Shown here: positions 50,861 to 62,137 of the stretch, in pieces | Numbering within the stretch: the first letter of the stretch is position 1 | Layout: every line of letters begins with the position of its first letter | Assembly (NCBI RefSeq): GCF_036321535.1 | Contig: NC_087436.1 | Span: forward strand, 91,266,001-91,330,000 | Length of the DNA: 64,000 nt | Reading direction: 5' to 3' | From: Camelus dromedarius | Taxonomy: Eukaryota | Position numbers and translations under genes: made by a program | The notes under the pieces: model-generated | Told to the model about the DNA's origin: nothing | What the model saw: only the letters and a program-made list of their open reading frames with translations | Databases searched by the model: none

Positions 50861-51779
50861 TAGGAAATAATATATAAATTAATGGGAAAATATTTGAAAC
50901 CACCGTATTTACAGACTACTTCTTTATTGAAATGTTCTACATTGTGTTTTTGTCAATAATACATAATTTGAAAGGAATCCTAATTTTTAGAAAAAAAACT
51001 TAAAATTCTTAGGAACTATATAAAGTACACTTTTCCTTTTTCAGGAAATAGACTTATGGTAACTTGTGTGACTAGATTTATGGTAAATTAATCTAAATGT
51101 TGATAACTTTTGATATTTCCTGAGATATAGAATTTATGTAAAAAAATAGAACCAGAATAAAGCAACATAATACATCTGACAGTTCCATATGACAGCAGCT
51201 TGGTTTCAACCCTTCAGTTCATTGTACCTAAACCTGGGGGCAACTGTATTTTCTACATTAAAGCAAGTTCAATCTCAGTTAAATTAGGAATTGACAGGTC
51301 AGATGATGTACAGATGCTGAAGTGGCAAACAAACCCAGTGAAACTGGAATGCCTTGCAGCTTTGAGATGGATTAGGAAGCTACTTGAAAAAGAGTGAATT
51401 ACGTTTGTGATTATTAGATTCACAGAAACAGAAACACTCTGAATTGAAAGGAAAAATAAAAATGGTAAAAGAATCAGTTTTTAACAATAAAATATTTTGA
51501 GGTTTTGGAAGATACTAAAAAGGCAGAAAATAGTCAAGCAAAACCAAAGGTCAGAATAGTATAAAGATAACAACTAAAATGAACAGTAAGGAAAACACAC
51601 ATTTCTTTTTTATTTTCTCTCTAGAAAGAATTCCATAAGGTAAGCACCTAAATTAGCTTGCTTCTAAAAAAACCCAGCAAAACAGAAAATTAGAAATTAA
51701 ACACTAGATGAATAAAATATTAACTAAGCTAGTATCCTTTAAATATTTTACTTAGGTTTTGGATTTATTGACTATTGCA

Positions 51780-52100
51780 TTATATGGTTTTAAAGGTCAA
51801 CTAGTACTACAAGATCTGTAATAGAAATGAGGAGTTTTCTCTACATTCCAGCACTTTCCCACTCCCAACTTTAGCTCCTCAGAGGCAACCATTTTCTACT
51901 TATTTCCTTTTTTATTTCATCATTTACATCCATGTTTCTAGATAAATATATAACACTATTTTATTTAAATATCTAATTAAATCAAATAGGATTAAGAAAT
52001 AATGCAATGAGCCTATGTCCCAACTTAAAAATAAAACACACCAGCCACAGTTAGACTGCCCTTTCCCAAAGGAAACCACTACTCTGCATTTGTTGTTTAT
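51780..52100 (-). mobile_element. Ancient L1ME/MC 3'UTR fragments
   Basis: 'ctcctcagaggcaaccattttc...ccatgtttctagataaatat' and 'aaggaaaccactactctgcattt'. Confidence 0.5.
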
Positions 52101-52574
52101 TATTTTTATTGAGCTACCACTGTAATAGCTCAATCTATTTATTTTGCCATTATATTTTAGAAGGTAAAGTTAATACAAAGTCTCTTCTTCTGCTACAGGG
52201 GGAGAAACACTGCTGAATTCCTTTTTTTCTGTAAATTGAATGGAATGTCCCAGCCCACTTCATTCTCTAGCTACGCAGCTATCTTGAAAACTGAGATTGT
52301 TGATGACTGTTACAGTCCAGTCAGTCAATCAGACACCATGCTGGGCAGACTGGGTCTATAAAGGAACAGGGTGACATGATGGAAAGAGTGGGGCAGAAGA
52401 GTGGGTTTGAGTCTCTGCTCTGCCACTGCATTTTTTTGACAGTTTCTGTAACCACTCCAACCATTAATAAAGGAGAGGTGAGATTACGGCCCTGGGGAGA
52501 ATAAAGACAAGACCTTGAGAAATTCATCAGTAGGAAAGATGAAATAGAAAGGTAGTCTAGAAATTGTTGTTTCT

Positions 52575-52764
52575 GACAATGCTGTTTCTGGATCACTTAA
52601 CCCTTAAGTGGCCACTGAAGACTCATCCGGCTTTACAAAAAAGAGGTCTCACTAAAGATCTAATGAATCAGAATTTGTACGATCACGGCCTAGAAATCTG
52701 CATTTTAACCAGCACACCTTCTCCTCAGGTGATTCTGGTAGATATAAAAGCCTGGGAACTAGTG
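52575..52764. mobile_element. MER5A hAT-Charlie MITE
   Basis: 'taatgaatcagaattt...gcctagaaatctgcattttaaccagcac...caggtgattctg...aaagcctgggaactagtg'. Confidence 0.75.
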
Positions 52765-52951
52765 ATAGGGACAGTATTATCCAGTTTGAAATTGTTTACT
52801 TCATTCTGCACATACCCAAAGATACTGAAGAGGTTTCTATTTTGGCCTTTGACTGTTAGAGCAGTCACTCTGATTTCATTTCTGGAGTCACTGGCTAGAA
52901 TCAACCTGGTAACAACTTGTTATTCCATCAGACAGACACACACAGAGAATC

Positions 52952-53031
52952 AGAGAAAGAGAGAGAGAAAAGAGAAGAGAAGAGAAGAGAAGAGAAGAGA
53001 AGAGAAGAGAAGAGAAGAGAAGAGAAGAGAA
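52952..53031. repeat. 80-nt pure purine tract including (AGAGA)12
   Basis: Direct reading; perfect pentamer 52971-53030. Confidence 0.97.
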
Positions 53032-54519
53032 TTGATTCATTCCAAGAAAAAAATTTTTAATAAAAAGTAAAGTTAAAAACATATGTAGTTAAACATTTTA
53101 GTACGCCTCTCTCACATGTGAAGAACTTTAAAATAATTTTACCAACAGGATGCACAAATAGATTTCTTAAGTACTCCTAACATAATGTTGAAAATATTTA
53201 AACTACATTTTCAGAGACAATATTCTATTTTCATCAAATATGGCTTTATCATCATTTGAGAAAATAAAATAAAATCATGATATGTATTATATCAAATATA
53301 CAAACTAAAAACCAAGATTTAAGCATCAGCCAAGTCAGTATTGGTAAATGTCACAGGCAATTTTATACAAATTTTATTATAGATAAATCCCTTCCTGGAG
53401 CTGAATGCTTTGCATCAACATTTCCAGGCTTACAGTGCTTGCTAATTATAGCGTTCTGAATTGATTTTCCATAAATATGCACTTAATGTGTTATAGCATT
53501 GACTGAAGCAATTATAGAAAGACCTGAAAATCAGAGATAGGACCTGTGTGGGGAGAAAAGGGTGAGATATATGACCTTTTCCTAGCCTACATATAAAACC
53601 AGTCGTATGGCAGCTGGAGGATAACTGGGATTATTGAATACTGATCAACTCTTGGCGCAGGTGTTTGGAATTCAAAATAGTCACCTAAATGTGCACATCT
53701 GAGTTTATTACCACTTAGCATCTCTGCTGCCCAGTGGAGGAACACTAAACGAACACCAGGAATTTATGACCAAATTTATAAATTTGCAAGTTAAATCCAT
53801 TTTTTCAGGATAGTTGCTTGGAACTGCCCAGCACAGATGGCTAGATGGGCTCAGATACCACGCTTTTTTCCATCCATGGTGCTTGAGAGTCTGGCTGTTC
53901 CTGACTGGTAGCTATTGAAAATGGGATGTACTAGTAAGATTCTGAAGACAAGCTTTGAATCTTAAGAGATTTTAATGGCAAAGCTGAACTGAAAGTTCAC
54001 CTCAATTCCTCTGTGAGAAGGAGCACTCACGAGCATAAGCAGCATACTGATCCCAAATTTGGGGGTGCCTGCTGGGAGAGGCCCTGAGACATCCTGTATT
54101 TTGCAGATTTCTGCCAGTCACTGAGTCTTTTCACATCATTGAAGAACTTTTCCTAGAAATACTTCAGGAGGAGTTAATTTGTAAAGTCTAGTGAAGTCCC
54201 TTGTAAATAAAGCTTCTTGGGACACGCATTGTACTTCAGATGATGAGAGATGGTGAAATCAGTCCCAAGCAGAACCATTCACATGCTGATAACTATATGA
54301 TGCATAATCATGTGAATTATAGTCATTTTCATCATAATTATTACCCCAAATATTTTATATTTGCATTATCTCATTTGCTTTAACTTAAGTTGAATTTTAT
54401 TTGAATAACTTAACTTATACAGTCTCCCTAGCTATGTAGTAAAGTCCTTGTAGGCAGAAAAAATAGCTTTAATTTCTTTTTATCAACTATAGCAAATAAA
54501 CTGTACCTTGCATATTTTT

Positions 54520-54760
54520 AATAATAATAGCAACAAATATAGCACTTACCATGTGCTGGGTGTAGTTCTAAATACTTTGTGTACAATTCATTCAGTCACA
54601 ATAGCAATCCAGTTCCTTAGGTATAGATGTTACCTCCATCTTACAGATGTGAAAATTGAATAACAGTGAGATTATTCAACTTACCCTAAGTGAGAGCTAT
54701 GAGATGCCAAGGCTGGGTTTTGAATCCAGCAGGTTTGGCTTCAGAATCTGTGTATTTTAA
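54520..54760 (-). mobile_element. MIR SINE
   Basis: 'gcacttaccatgtgctggg...ccatcttacagatgtgaaaattga...gctgggttttgaatccagcagg'. Confidence 0.8.
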
Positions 54761-54844
54761 ATCCAAAATGTAGCAGAAAGAAGTTTGAAAAGATTTGATA
54801 ATTTATTTGAATAACTTTCTTACTTTATAGAAAACAAAAGGAAC

Positions 54845-55125
54845 GATCATTCATTCATTCATTCATTCACCAGTTGTTGATGGAGGCCCTATGATGTATG
54901 AGTCACTGTGCTGTGTACAGAGGGCCTAAATCAACAAATGAGTGCGATTAGTACCCTGCCCCACAGGTTACATTTTAAGCAGGGACAACGACAATAAATA
55001 TGCTAAGCTAGATTATGATGGGGGAGAGTGGGCAATCGTCATGCTTTAGATTTGTTAGTCAGGGAAGACTTCTCTGAGGAACTGACAATGACTATGAAAA
55101 AGAAAGAGAAAAAGCCTGATGTGCA
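54845..55125 (-). mobile_element. L2 3' end with (CATT)n terminus
   Basis: (CATT)5 then 'ccctatgatgtatgagtcactgtgct...gtcagggaagacttctctgagga'. Confidence 0.75.
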
Positions 55126-55132
55126 GAGAGCA

Positions 55133-55561
55133 GAAAAATTCATTGGCTCACAGTTCTGGAGACTAGATGTCCAAAATCAAGATGTCAGCAGGGCCATGGT
55201 CCCTCTGAAACCCAAGAGGAAAGACCTTCCAAGCCTCTTCCAGCTTCTGCTACCCAGGAGTTCCCTGGCTCGTGGCAGCAGAGCGCCAGATTCTGATTCA
55301 TCTGCACTTCATTCTCCCTGTGTGTCTTTGCATCATCTTTCCTCTGTGAGAATCTGTCTCTGTGTCTAAATGTTCCCTTTTTTAATAAGGACACCAGTCA
55401 TGTTGGAATCGAGCCCACAACAATGACCTCATTTTAACTTGATTATCCATGTGAAGATGCTCTTTCTCAGTAAGCTCACATTCTGAAGTATTGAGGATTA
55501 GGACTTCAACATACCTCTTCGTTTTGGCTTTGGGAAGGGGAGCACAATTAAGCCAGTAACA
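55133..55561 (-). mobile_element. MLT1 (B/C-like) solo LTR
   Basis: 'ctcacagttctggagactagatgtccaaaatcaagatgtcagcaggg...taaggacaccagtcat...gacctcattttaacttgatta...cacaattaagccagtaaca'. Confidence 0.88.
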
Positions 55562-56043
55562 GTTAGTTTCTAGCATTATATAGCCATGCACATTTTAAGA
55601 CTATTCTGTGCTTCTAGCAGGGACTGTCTGTGAATCTCAGTGTCACCTCAGGGGTTTTGTCTCTCAGGAAGCATTTCACTGAGTCTGTTTCCTCCTGCAT
55701 CACTCAAATGTCAATCTTGGTAGTGCAGGGACAGGAAGAATGCCGGATGCTCACAAAAATTACTTCCTGAACAACAAATTCAAAATGAAATTCAACACAA
55801 GGGTTTTTCACTCATTACCACAGTGGATGCAAAGAGTATTGTCAGGAAAGTAAGGTCAGTAAAGGATATTGTCAGAAAAGCAAAAAGATAAATCAAGTAA
55901 ATAAACAGTAATATGAATAGACATATAATGCCCAATACACCATGTTAGAACTCAATACTAGACAAAAATGAAGTGCTACAAAAATCAAATAAAGAACACA
56001 ACTTGTCTGAGTAGGAGGTCAGTGTGGAGTTGTTCAGTGAAAG

Positions 56044-56462
56044 GTGGTTTGGCAGAGACTGCTAACTGTCCATCAAAGGTTCATGCTCCCCACTGATCAT
56101 GTAAACTTGTTGTGGAGGAGTATATGCTTAACCAGGAACCGTATTTCTCAGACTCCCTTGAAATTATGTGGGACCTCGTCAATAAAATGTAGGCAGAAGC
56201 AATGCGTGTGACTTCTTTGGGCTTCAGAAGCAATATCCCTTTTCTACTGTCTCTTCCCTGCCTACTGGCTGGTCATGGATGCCTGTGTTGACCTTGGAAG
56301 ACTTGTGTTGAAGACGGCCGTCTTGAATGACTTTTGCCTCACACTAATGACTAAGATCACAAACACTGAACTATTGTGTGGGTAAAAATTTATTTTTATT
56401 GTATTAAGCCAGGAATTTAAGAGTTTGTCTGTTTTAAAAGCTAACATTATCCTAACAAATGC
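56044..56462 (+). mobile_element. MLT1 (I/J-like) solo LTR
   Basis: 'tggcagagactgctaactgtcc...tatttctcagactcccttg...tcaataaaatgtaggcagaagc...ttatcctaacaaatgca'. Confidence 0.75.
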
Positions 56463-56919
56463 AGATGTGTATCACTGAAACAGCCAAGAGAACGATAGTA
56501 AGAGGGGATTTCTGTAGAGGAAATGGCATAAGAGTAAAGACCCAGAGAGGAGAAATCACAGAAATGGGAAGGAGACCAATTTGGCTGAAGCACCCCTACT
56601 AGAATGTAATTGGAGATGAGCCTAAACAATTTGGTCTTGATCATATAATAGAGGCTTTTGAATGTCAGAATGGATGTTCATATTTAATTCATAAGGCAGT
56701 AGAGAGCTGTTGAAGAATTATGAGTAGGCTATAATATATTCAAAGGCATTTTTAGAATGTTTTTTTCATATTTATTTAAGTATACCATGTCTCTTTGAAG
56801 AAAGGATTATAACAACTTTTGAGATATTAATGTAGCAGTGATATATAAGAAGGATTGGATTGAGGGAAAGAGGAGATAAGGAACTCACATAAAAAATACT
56901 GCAATGCTTTGGTCTAAAT

Positions 56920-57108
56920 CAGGGATCTACTATTGTCTCTTAAGGGCCAGATAAAATTTCAGGCTTGCAGCCCACAACTTCTCAACTCTGCCTTTATGAG
57001 AGCAGTCATAGACTGTATTTTAATGAATAGGCATGGCTATGTTCCAATAAAACTTTATTTACAAACACAGTTGAGCAGCCTGTGGGCTTTAGTTTTCCCA
57101 CATCCCCA
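56920..57108. mobile_element. MER58A hAT-Charlie MITE
   Basis: 'taagggccagata...ctcaactctgcc...atgaataggcatggctatgttccaataaaactttatttacaaac'; TSD gtctaaat (56912-56919) / gtctagat (57109-57116), fitting the Charlie NTCTARAN target. Confidence 0.88.
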
Positions 57109-57519
57109 GTCTAGATGCAAGGGCAATAAGACTTCAGCTATGGGACTGAGGGATTGGCGGATGGAAAGACAAAGAAAGAAAGGAATGTAACACATAGACA
57201 TCAATCAGACAGAACTTGCACAGCTAATGGAGCACTTTCCATTCGACTCTAAAATCAGCATCCCTCTTTCTCTGCTACTAGACTAGGCACTCCATGAAAG
57301 AAAGGCTAAATTGTATTCATCTTCATATTGTGAACATAGTAAGTACTCAGTGAAATATCTGTTTAAATCATTGGAAAAATTTTAGCTTTCTGAAAATGGA
57401 GAATGAGAAGGAATAAACAAAGACCCAAAGTGTTTCAGAATGTCTGTTAAGCTTGAGTTAATGGAAAACAGTCATGCCATTAGTGGAAATATTCTTGACT
57501 TAGAACAAGTTATTTAACA

Positions 57520-59035
57520 CTTGCATACTCGGATGTCCCCAAAAGCACCTCAAAATTAGCAGGTATAAAATTTAAATTTGATTTCCTTTCCTCCTCCTCC
57601 TCAAAATCTAGTCTTCCAGTGTTCTTCATCAGTGACTGTGCCATTTATTCAGTCACTAAAAACAGAAGCCCTATGAGCCATTCTGGTTCTCTTCCTTAGA
57701 GGAATACAATTTGGGGGGAAAAAAATCTAAATTTTCAGGCACTCTTGTGGATCCTACTCCTGAATTCAATTTTAAAAAATCTATTTCTCTTCACTCATAT
57801 ATCTCATGGATTACTACAGAATACCGCTGCTTCCAGTACTGATATCCTCCTTACATTCTCTATGCAATTGTTAAGTCAGTTACTTTTCTGGTCAAAACTG
57901 TTCCATAATTTCCCATTGAATGTGGAATGAATCTATACACCACATCCTGATCTACAAGGACGTCTATAATTAGTCTCTTATCCACATCTCCAACCTAGTA
58001 TCAAGACCAGTCTCCACCTTATCCAATAACAGCCAGTCATTGTTGCTTTTGTTTCCTAAAAATTCTCATGCTCTTTTTTGCTTCCAGATATTTTTACTTT
58101 CCCTTTTTTCTACCTGGTTCTTTCCCCTTCTGTTTGCATATTAGGCAGATGTAGTGGCTTTATGCATGATGTGCTCACCTAGAATTCCCAGACTTCCTTT
58201 CAGTTTACAGTTAGCCTTGAACATAAGACATATTTTGCATGAGATTTGGAAAGTGTCAGTGAAGTTACAGTCACATTTTTTAACTCTCTGAATGATAATG
58301 CAGAACACCAGGGAGTATGGCATCTCACTGTAATGGTGGCTCACATTTTGGGGTGTGGCATTATCCCAATCTACAGCTCCTTCAGCTCTGGCCAGATCTC
58401 CAACTTCAGCGTCTCTGGTTGTAAGCGTATGTGTGCGGCTGCGAAGGGCTAGCTATCCCTGCAGGTCACCCACAAGATCAAGGTTAGAGTGCTTGAAGGA
58501 TCGACATAGTTTCAGGATTCTTTGTGGTTTCCAGTCTGTCCTTGCAGGTTTCAGTTTGTCCTTGCTCTCGTTCACATTCAGATTTCCTTCATGACTTCCA
58601 GTCTTCATGATCTGACAGCAACAGCAGGTTCAACCCTGGAAACAGAGACAGTGGGCTGCCCAGACACTCCCATCAGCTCCCACACTTGCATGAGGACTAA
58701 CACCTATAATTAATCCCTTATTCTATCCTCTCATAGCAATTCTACTCCTCTGAGTGAATCCTTGGGTTTTAGCGAAAATATTTATTCTTAAAGAGATATT
58801 AAAGAAGTTTCTCCCAATTCCTCATCTTAAATAGATCCTCTCTGTTACATTTATTTCTCTCATAATATCTATCAGATCTGTGGTTATCTATTTTATTGCT
58901 GAATATCTCTTTGCCCCACTAGAAAGCAAGCTCTATGAGGCAGTAAGTTGTTGGTCTTTTTGAACAATATATCTTGAAGATGTATCACATTGCCTGGTTC
59001 ATCAAGACAATCAATAAATACTTGTTGCATTAATG
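57520..59035 (+). mobile_element. L2 split by an LTR (parts ~57520-58140 and ~58780-59035)
   Basis: 'ggatgtccccaaaagcacctcaaaattagca' ... 'ccactagaaagcaagctctatgaggcag...caataaatacttgttgcattaatg'. Confidence 0.75.
58150..58765 (+). mobile_element. ERVL-class solo LTR (family unassigned)
   Basis: Starts TGTAGTGG; 'ttttgcatgagatttggaaagtg'; ends 'taatcccttattcta...ctcatagcaattctactcctctgagtgaatcct', similar to ERVL LTR 3' ends. Confidence 0.65.
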
Positions 59036-60040
59036 TAGCATCTATTGAGTGTAGAGATAATGATGAGAAGAAGCTAAAAGGGCTTCTGAGCTAGAGACAA
59101 GAACTAAATGTTTGCAAAAACATTGTGAGTAATTCAATGAAGATATAAATAAAATGGTTGCCAAAAAATCAGTGAAGAGCCTGCTAAGGTCAGATAACAT
59201 CTCAATCTATGTATCTGTTAATCAGTTTATTTATCATCTACCTACTTACATATTACCTTTTATTTATAATAATGAGAAACAATATCATTAATAAAACATT
59301 TGAATTTTTAAGAAATTAGCTAATACAGTTTAGGAATTCAATTAGTGGTCTTCATTATATTTGAAACATTTTACTTTTGGGCAGTAAATATGAAAAAGAT
59401 TGTTTTCTGTTCTGCAGAACAGAAATTTTCTGTAATTTTCACTTTATTTGAGATAAGTAAATAGAATGAGGGCAGCTGCATCACAGAATCTGCATTAAAT
59501 GTCTATAGTGTTAATCACTGTGCTTGTGACCAGGTTGGAAGGAGGTTGGGTATTAATTTTTACTCACATTCATTTACAACCTGTCACTTCTTCTTTGGTC
59601 AAAATCACAATATTAAGCACAAAGTCAGATACTCTGGACTTGTTAGCAAGGCATCTTTTTTTTCCTAAAGTAAAGTAGAACCTCTCACCAAAGCATTTCC
59701 TCTTTCCTAATATAGTCAGAATGGCGGCAGCCTCTACTTGAGCCCTCAAGACTTTAGTCCACCATTGGTTAGTCACCTCACCCTGTGTGGCACCTTCAGT
59801 GTCTTCAGAAATTCTGCGGCCATTATATAAATCAGCTTGATCCTTTCCTGGGAAAGCATCATGTCCTAGGAGATAAGAAGTGGGCCGGAGTTGAAGTGTG
59901 ATCAGGCCAGCTGAGCATGCCCGTCTAGAGTTTGTCCTGCTGAATGAATCACGTGTTACAATGGTTTGCCTCAGCTGCCACTCTTCTCAGAATTAGAAGG
60001 AGAGAAAGGAATTCTAGATAATGTGCCTTGTCAGCCTAAA

Positions 60041-60256
60041 TCAAGATGTTGCAGCCTGCCACTATTGACAGTTTGGGCCAGATAATCCCCTTTCATGTGT
60101 GGATGGAGGGCAGAAAGGGCGAGGATGTCCCATGCACTACAGATGTTTAGTATCATCCTCGGCCTGAATCCATGAGATGCTAGTAGCACCTCTGACCAGT
60201 TACGCCAAACAAAAATGTCACCAGGCATTGCCAAGAGCTCCCCTAACTAGGACTGC
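60041..60256. mobile_element. MER20 hAT-Charlie MITE
   Basis: 'cactattgacagtttgggccagataat...tgtcccatgcactacagatgtttagtatcatcc...gatgctagtagcacc...aaaaatgtcaccaggcattgccaa'. Confidence 0.9.
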
Positions 60257-61359
60257 AGGACCAGTATTTCTTCACCTCCTGTGACCCCATCTGTCAGAGA
60301 TGCATTTTCTGGAAAGGTAGGGGGAATCAGATGTATAACACTTCTGGCTTCCTGAATTTTCTTGCCTTATCAACTCAGTTCTACTCCTGTTTTATTTGCT
60401 TTTTCTTGTCAGTCATTGTTAAATGAGTTTAAGTGAGAGTCAGGATGATTTCTTGGATTATAAGTGAAATCAGATATCCTTTATTAATTTTTGATTAAAT
60501 ACTGCTTCATCATGAACTCAGTTTAACTGCTTCTAGTTCTTTGGTATTTCTGATTAGAAAATTCCTATCTATGATGAATGGAATATTGTGATTCATCTTC
60601 TAGTTCAAACATGAAAGCCTAGTATATATTTCACAGATCCAAGGTTAGGAATTTAGAATATAAACCCAGGACCTGTCTCCTGGGACATACACATGATCCA
60701 GGTCAATGAGGCAACTCTGCTCAGAACCTTCACTTGTAACTTTTAGGATGAACCTCCCTAGCTTATACACAGATAATGACAATTCTCCACTCTGTGTCTA
60801 TTCATTTTTCTGTGTTTCAACTTATAGTCCCTTTTTGCCAACCTGAAATACCCTGAGGTAGATTTTAAAATTCCTCAAAGAAAATGCTTTGTATCTTGTA
60901 TCCTAAACCCTATTTGTTTCCTTGTCCCCTTGTTATAGTTAAGAGTTTCTAGGATGTTATCTCCTTACCCCTTTCAAAAGAATTCCAGCTTATTGAAAAA
61001 AAATAGGCTTATATTAAAGCTTAATTTTTTAAATGGAAAGTTATTTCACCAGAGATTTTTGGAAAATTTCTCATTGATGACACATAAATCTCATTCTCCA
61101 ATCAGACCATCCAGTTCAAATTTGAAGTCTTCCAAAAATTATTTCAATTTTAGTATGTTTTCCACAACCTTTGCTAGTCTGAGTCCAGTCGGGAGATAGA
61201 AACCACACATCAATTGAAGCAGAGAAGTTTAATAGAAAGATTGCTTAGATTATGGTAGAAGAGTAAATATAAAGACATAACAAGAACTCTAAAAGGTACC
61301 CAAAGTCTGAGGGGGCGGGTATCTGAGGACGGACACACTTGAAAGGAGACTTTCCTCCC

Positions 61360-61807
61360 TGTTTTGGAGCAAGATGTGCCCACCAGTTTGTTGAAGATCT
61401 AATTCCCAGTACCTCAGAATGGGTGACCTTATTTGAAATAGAACTGTTGCAAATGTAATTAGTTAAGATGAAGTCATGCTGAGGTGGAGTGGACCCCTAA
61501 TCCAGTGTGACCAGTGTCCTTAGAAGAAGACCAGCTATGGAGACAGAGATGTACAGACACATGACAACAAGGGAAGAGATTGCAGTGAAGTGGCTGCAAG
61601 CCAAGGCATGCCAAAGATTACTGCAAACCACCAGAAGTTAGGAAGAGTCAAGGAGGAATTTCTCTACAGCTTTCAGAGGGAGCACTGACCTGCCAACACC
61701 TTGATTCCAAACTTCCAGGCTCCAAAGTTGCAAGACAATAGATTTTTGTTGTTTTAAGTCACTTGATTTGTGGTAATCTGTTAGAGTAGCCCCAGGGAAC
61801 ATATATA
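61360..61807 (+). mobile_element. MLT1B/C solo LTR with perfect 5-bp TSD
   Basis: 'gttgaagatctaattcccagtacctcagaat...gtaattagttaagatgaagtcat...gctgcaagccaagg...gttgttttaagtcac'; TSD CTCCC at 61355-61359 and 61808-61812. Confidence 0.92.
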
Positions 61808-62092
61808 CTCCCGAAATCTGGAATTAGACCTCGTTGCAGGTGAGGTTGCAGCCCACAGGATGGAGAAGAAGTTGTCCAGGAAACAGCCCTGTGGGGCATA
61901 CGTGAGCAGAAGCTAGTGGGTGAGCATGAAGAGGATCCTGGGACACAGATTTGGGCATGAGTCCTGAATCAGGCATTGTTCATTTTATAAGGGCAATAGC
62001 AGTGTCATCACCAGACCATGCCAGGTCAATGTGATGCCCAAGGAACTGCCCCTCGGGCACATGGGTAAGACACAACACCACTGGATGTCCCT

Positions 62093-62137
62093 ACACACAC
62101 ACACACATGCACACACACACACACACACACACACACA
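62093..62137. repeat. (CA)n microsatellite with one TG interruption
   Basis: Direct reading. Confidence 0.95.

Noticed and set aside
3295..52100. Excess of minus-strand L1 fragments as evidence that the window is an intron of a + strand gene
   Set aside because: Small numbers, and LTR orientations are mixed; not decisive.
52564..53070. Longest ORF (168 aa)
   Set aside because: Starts at TTG, runs through a MER5A and the (AGAGA)n repeat; no domain; spurious.
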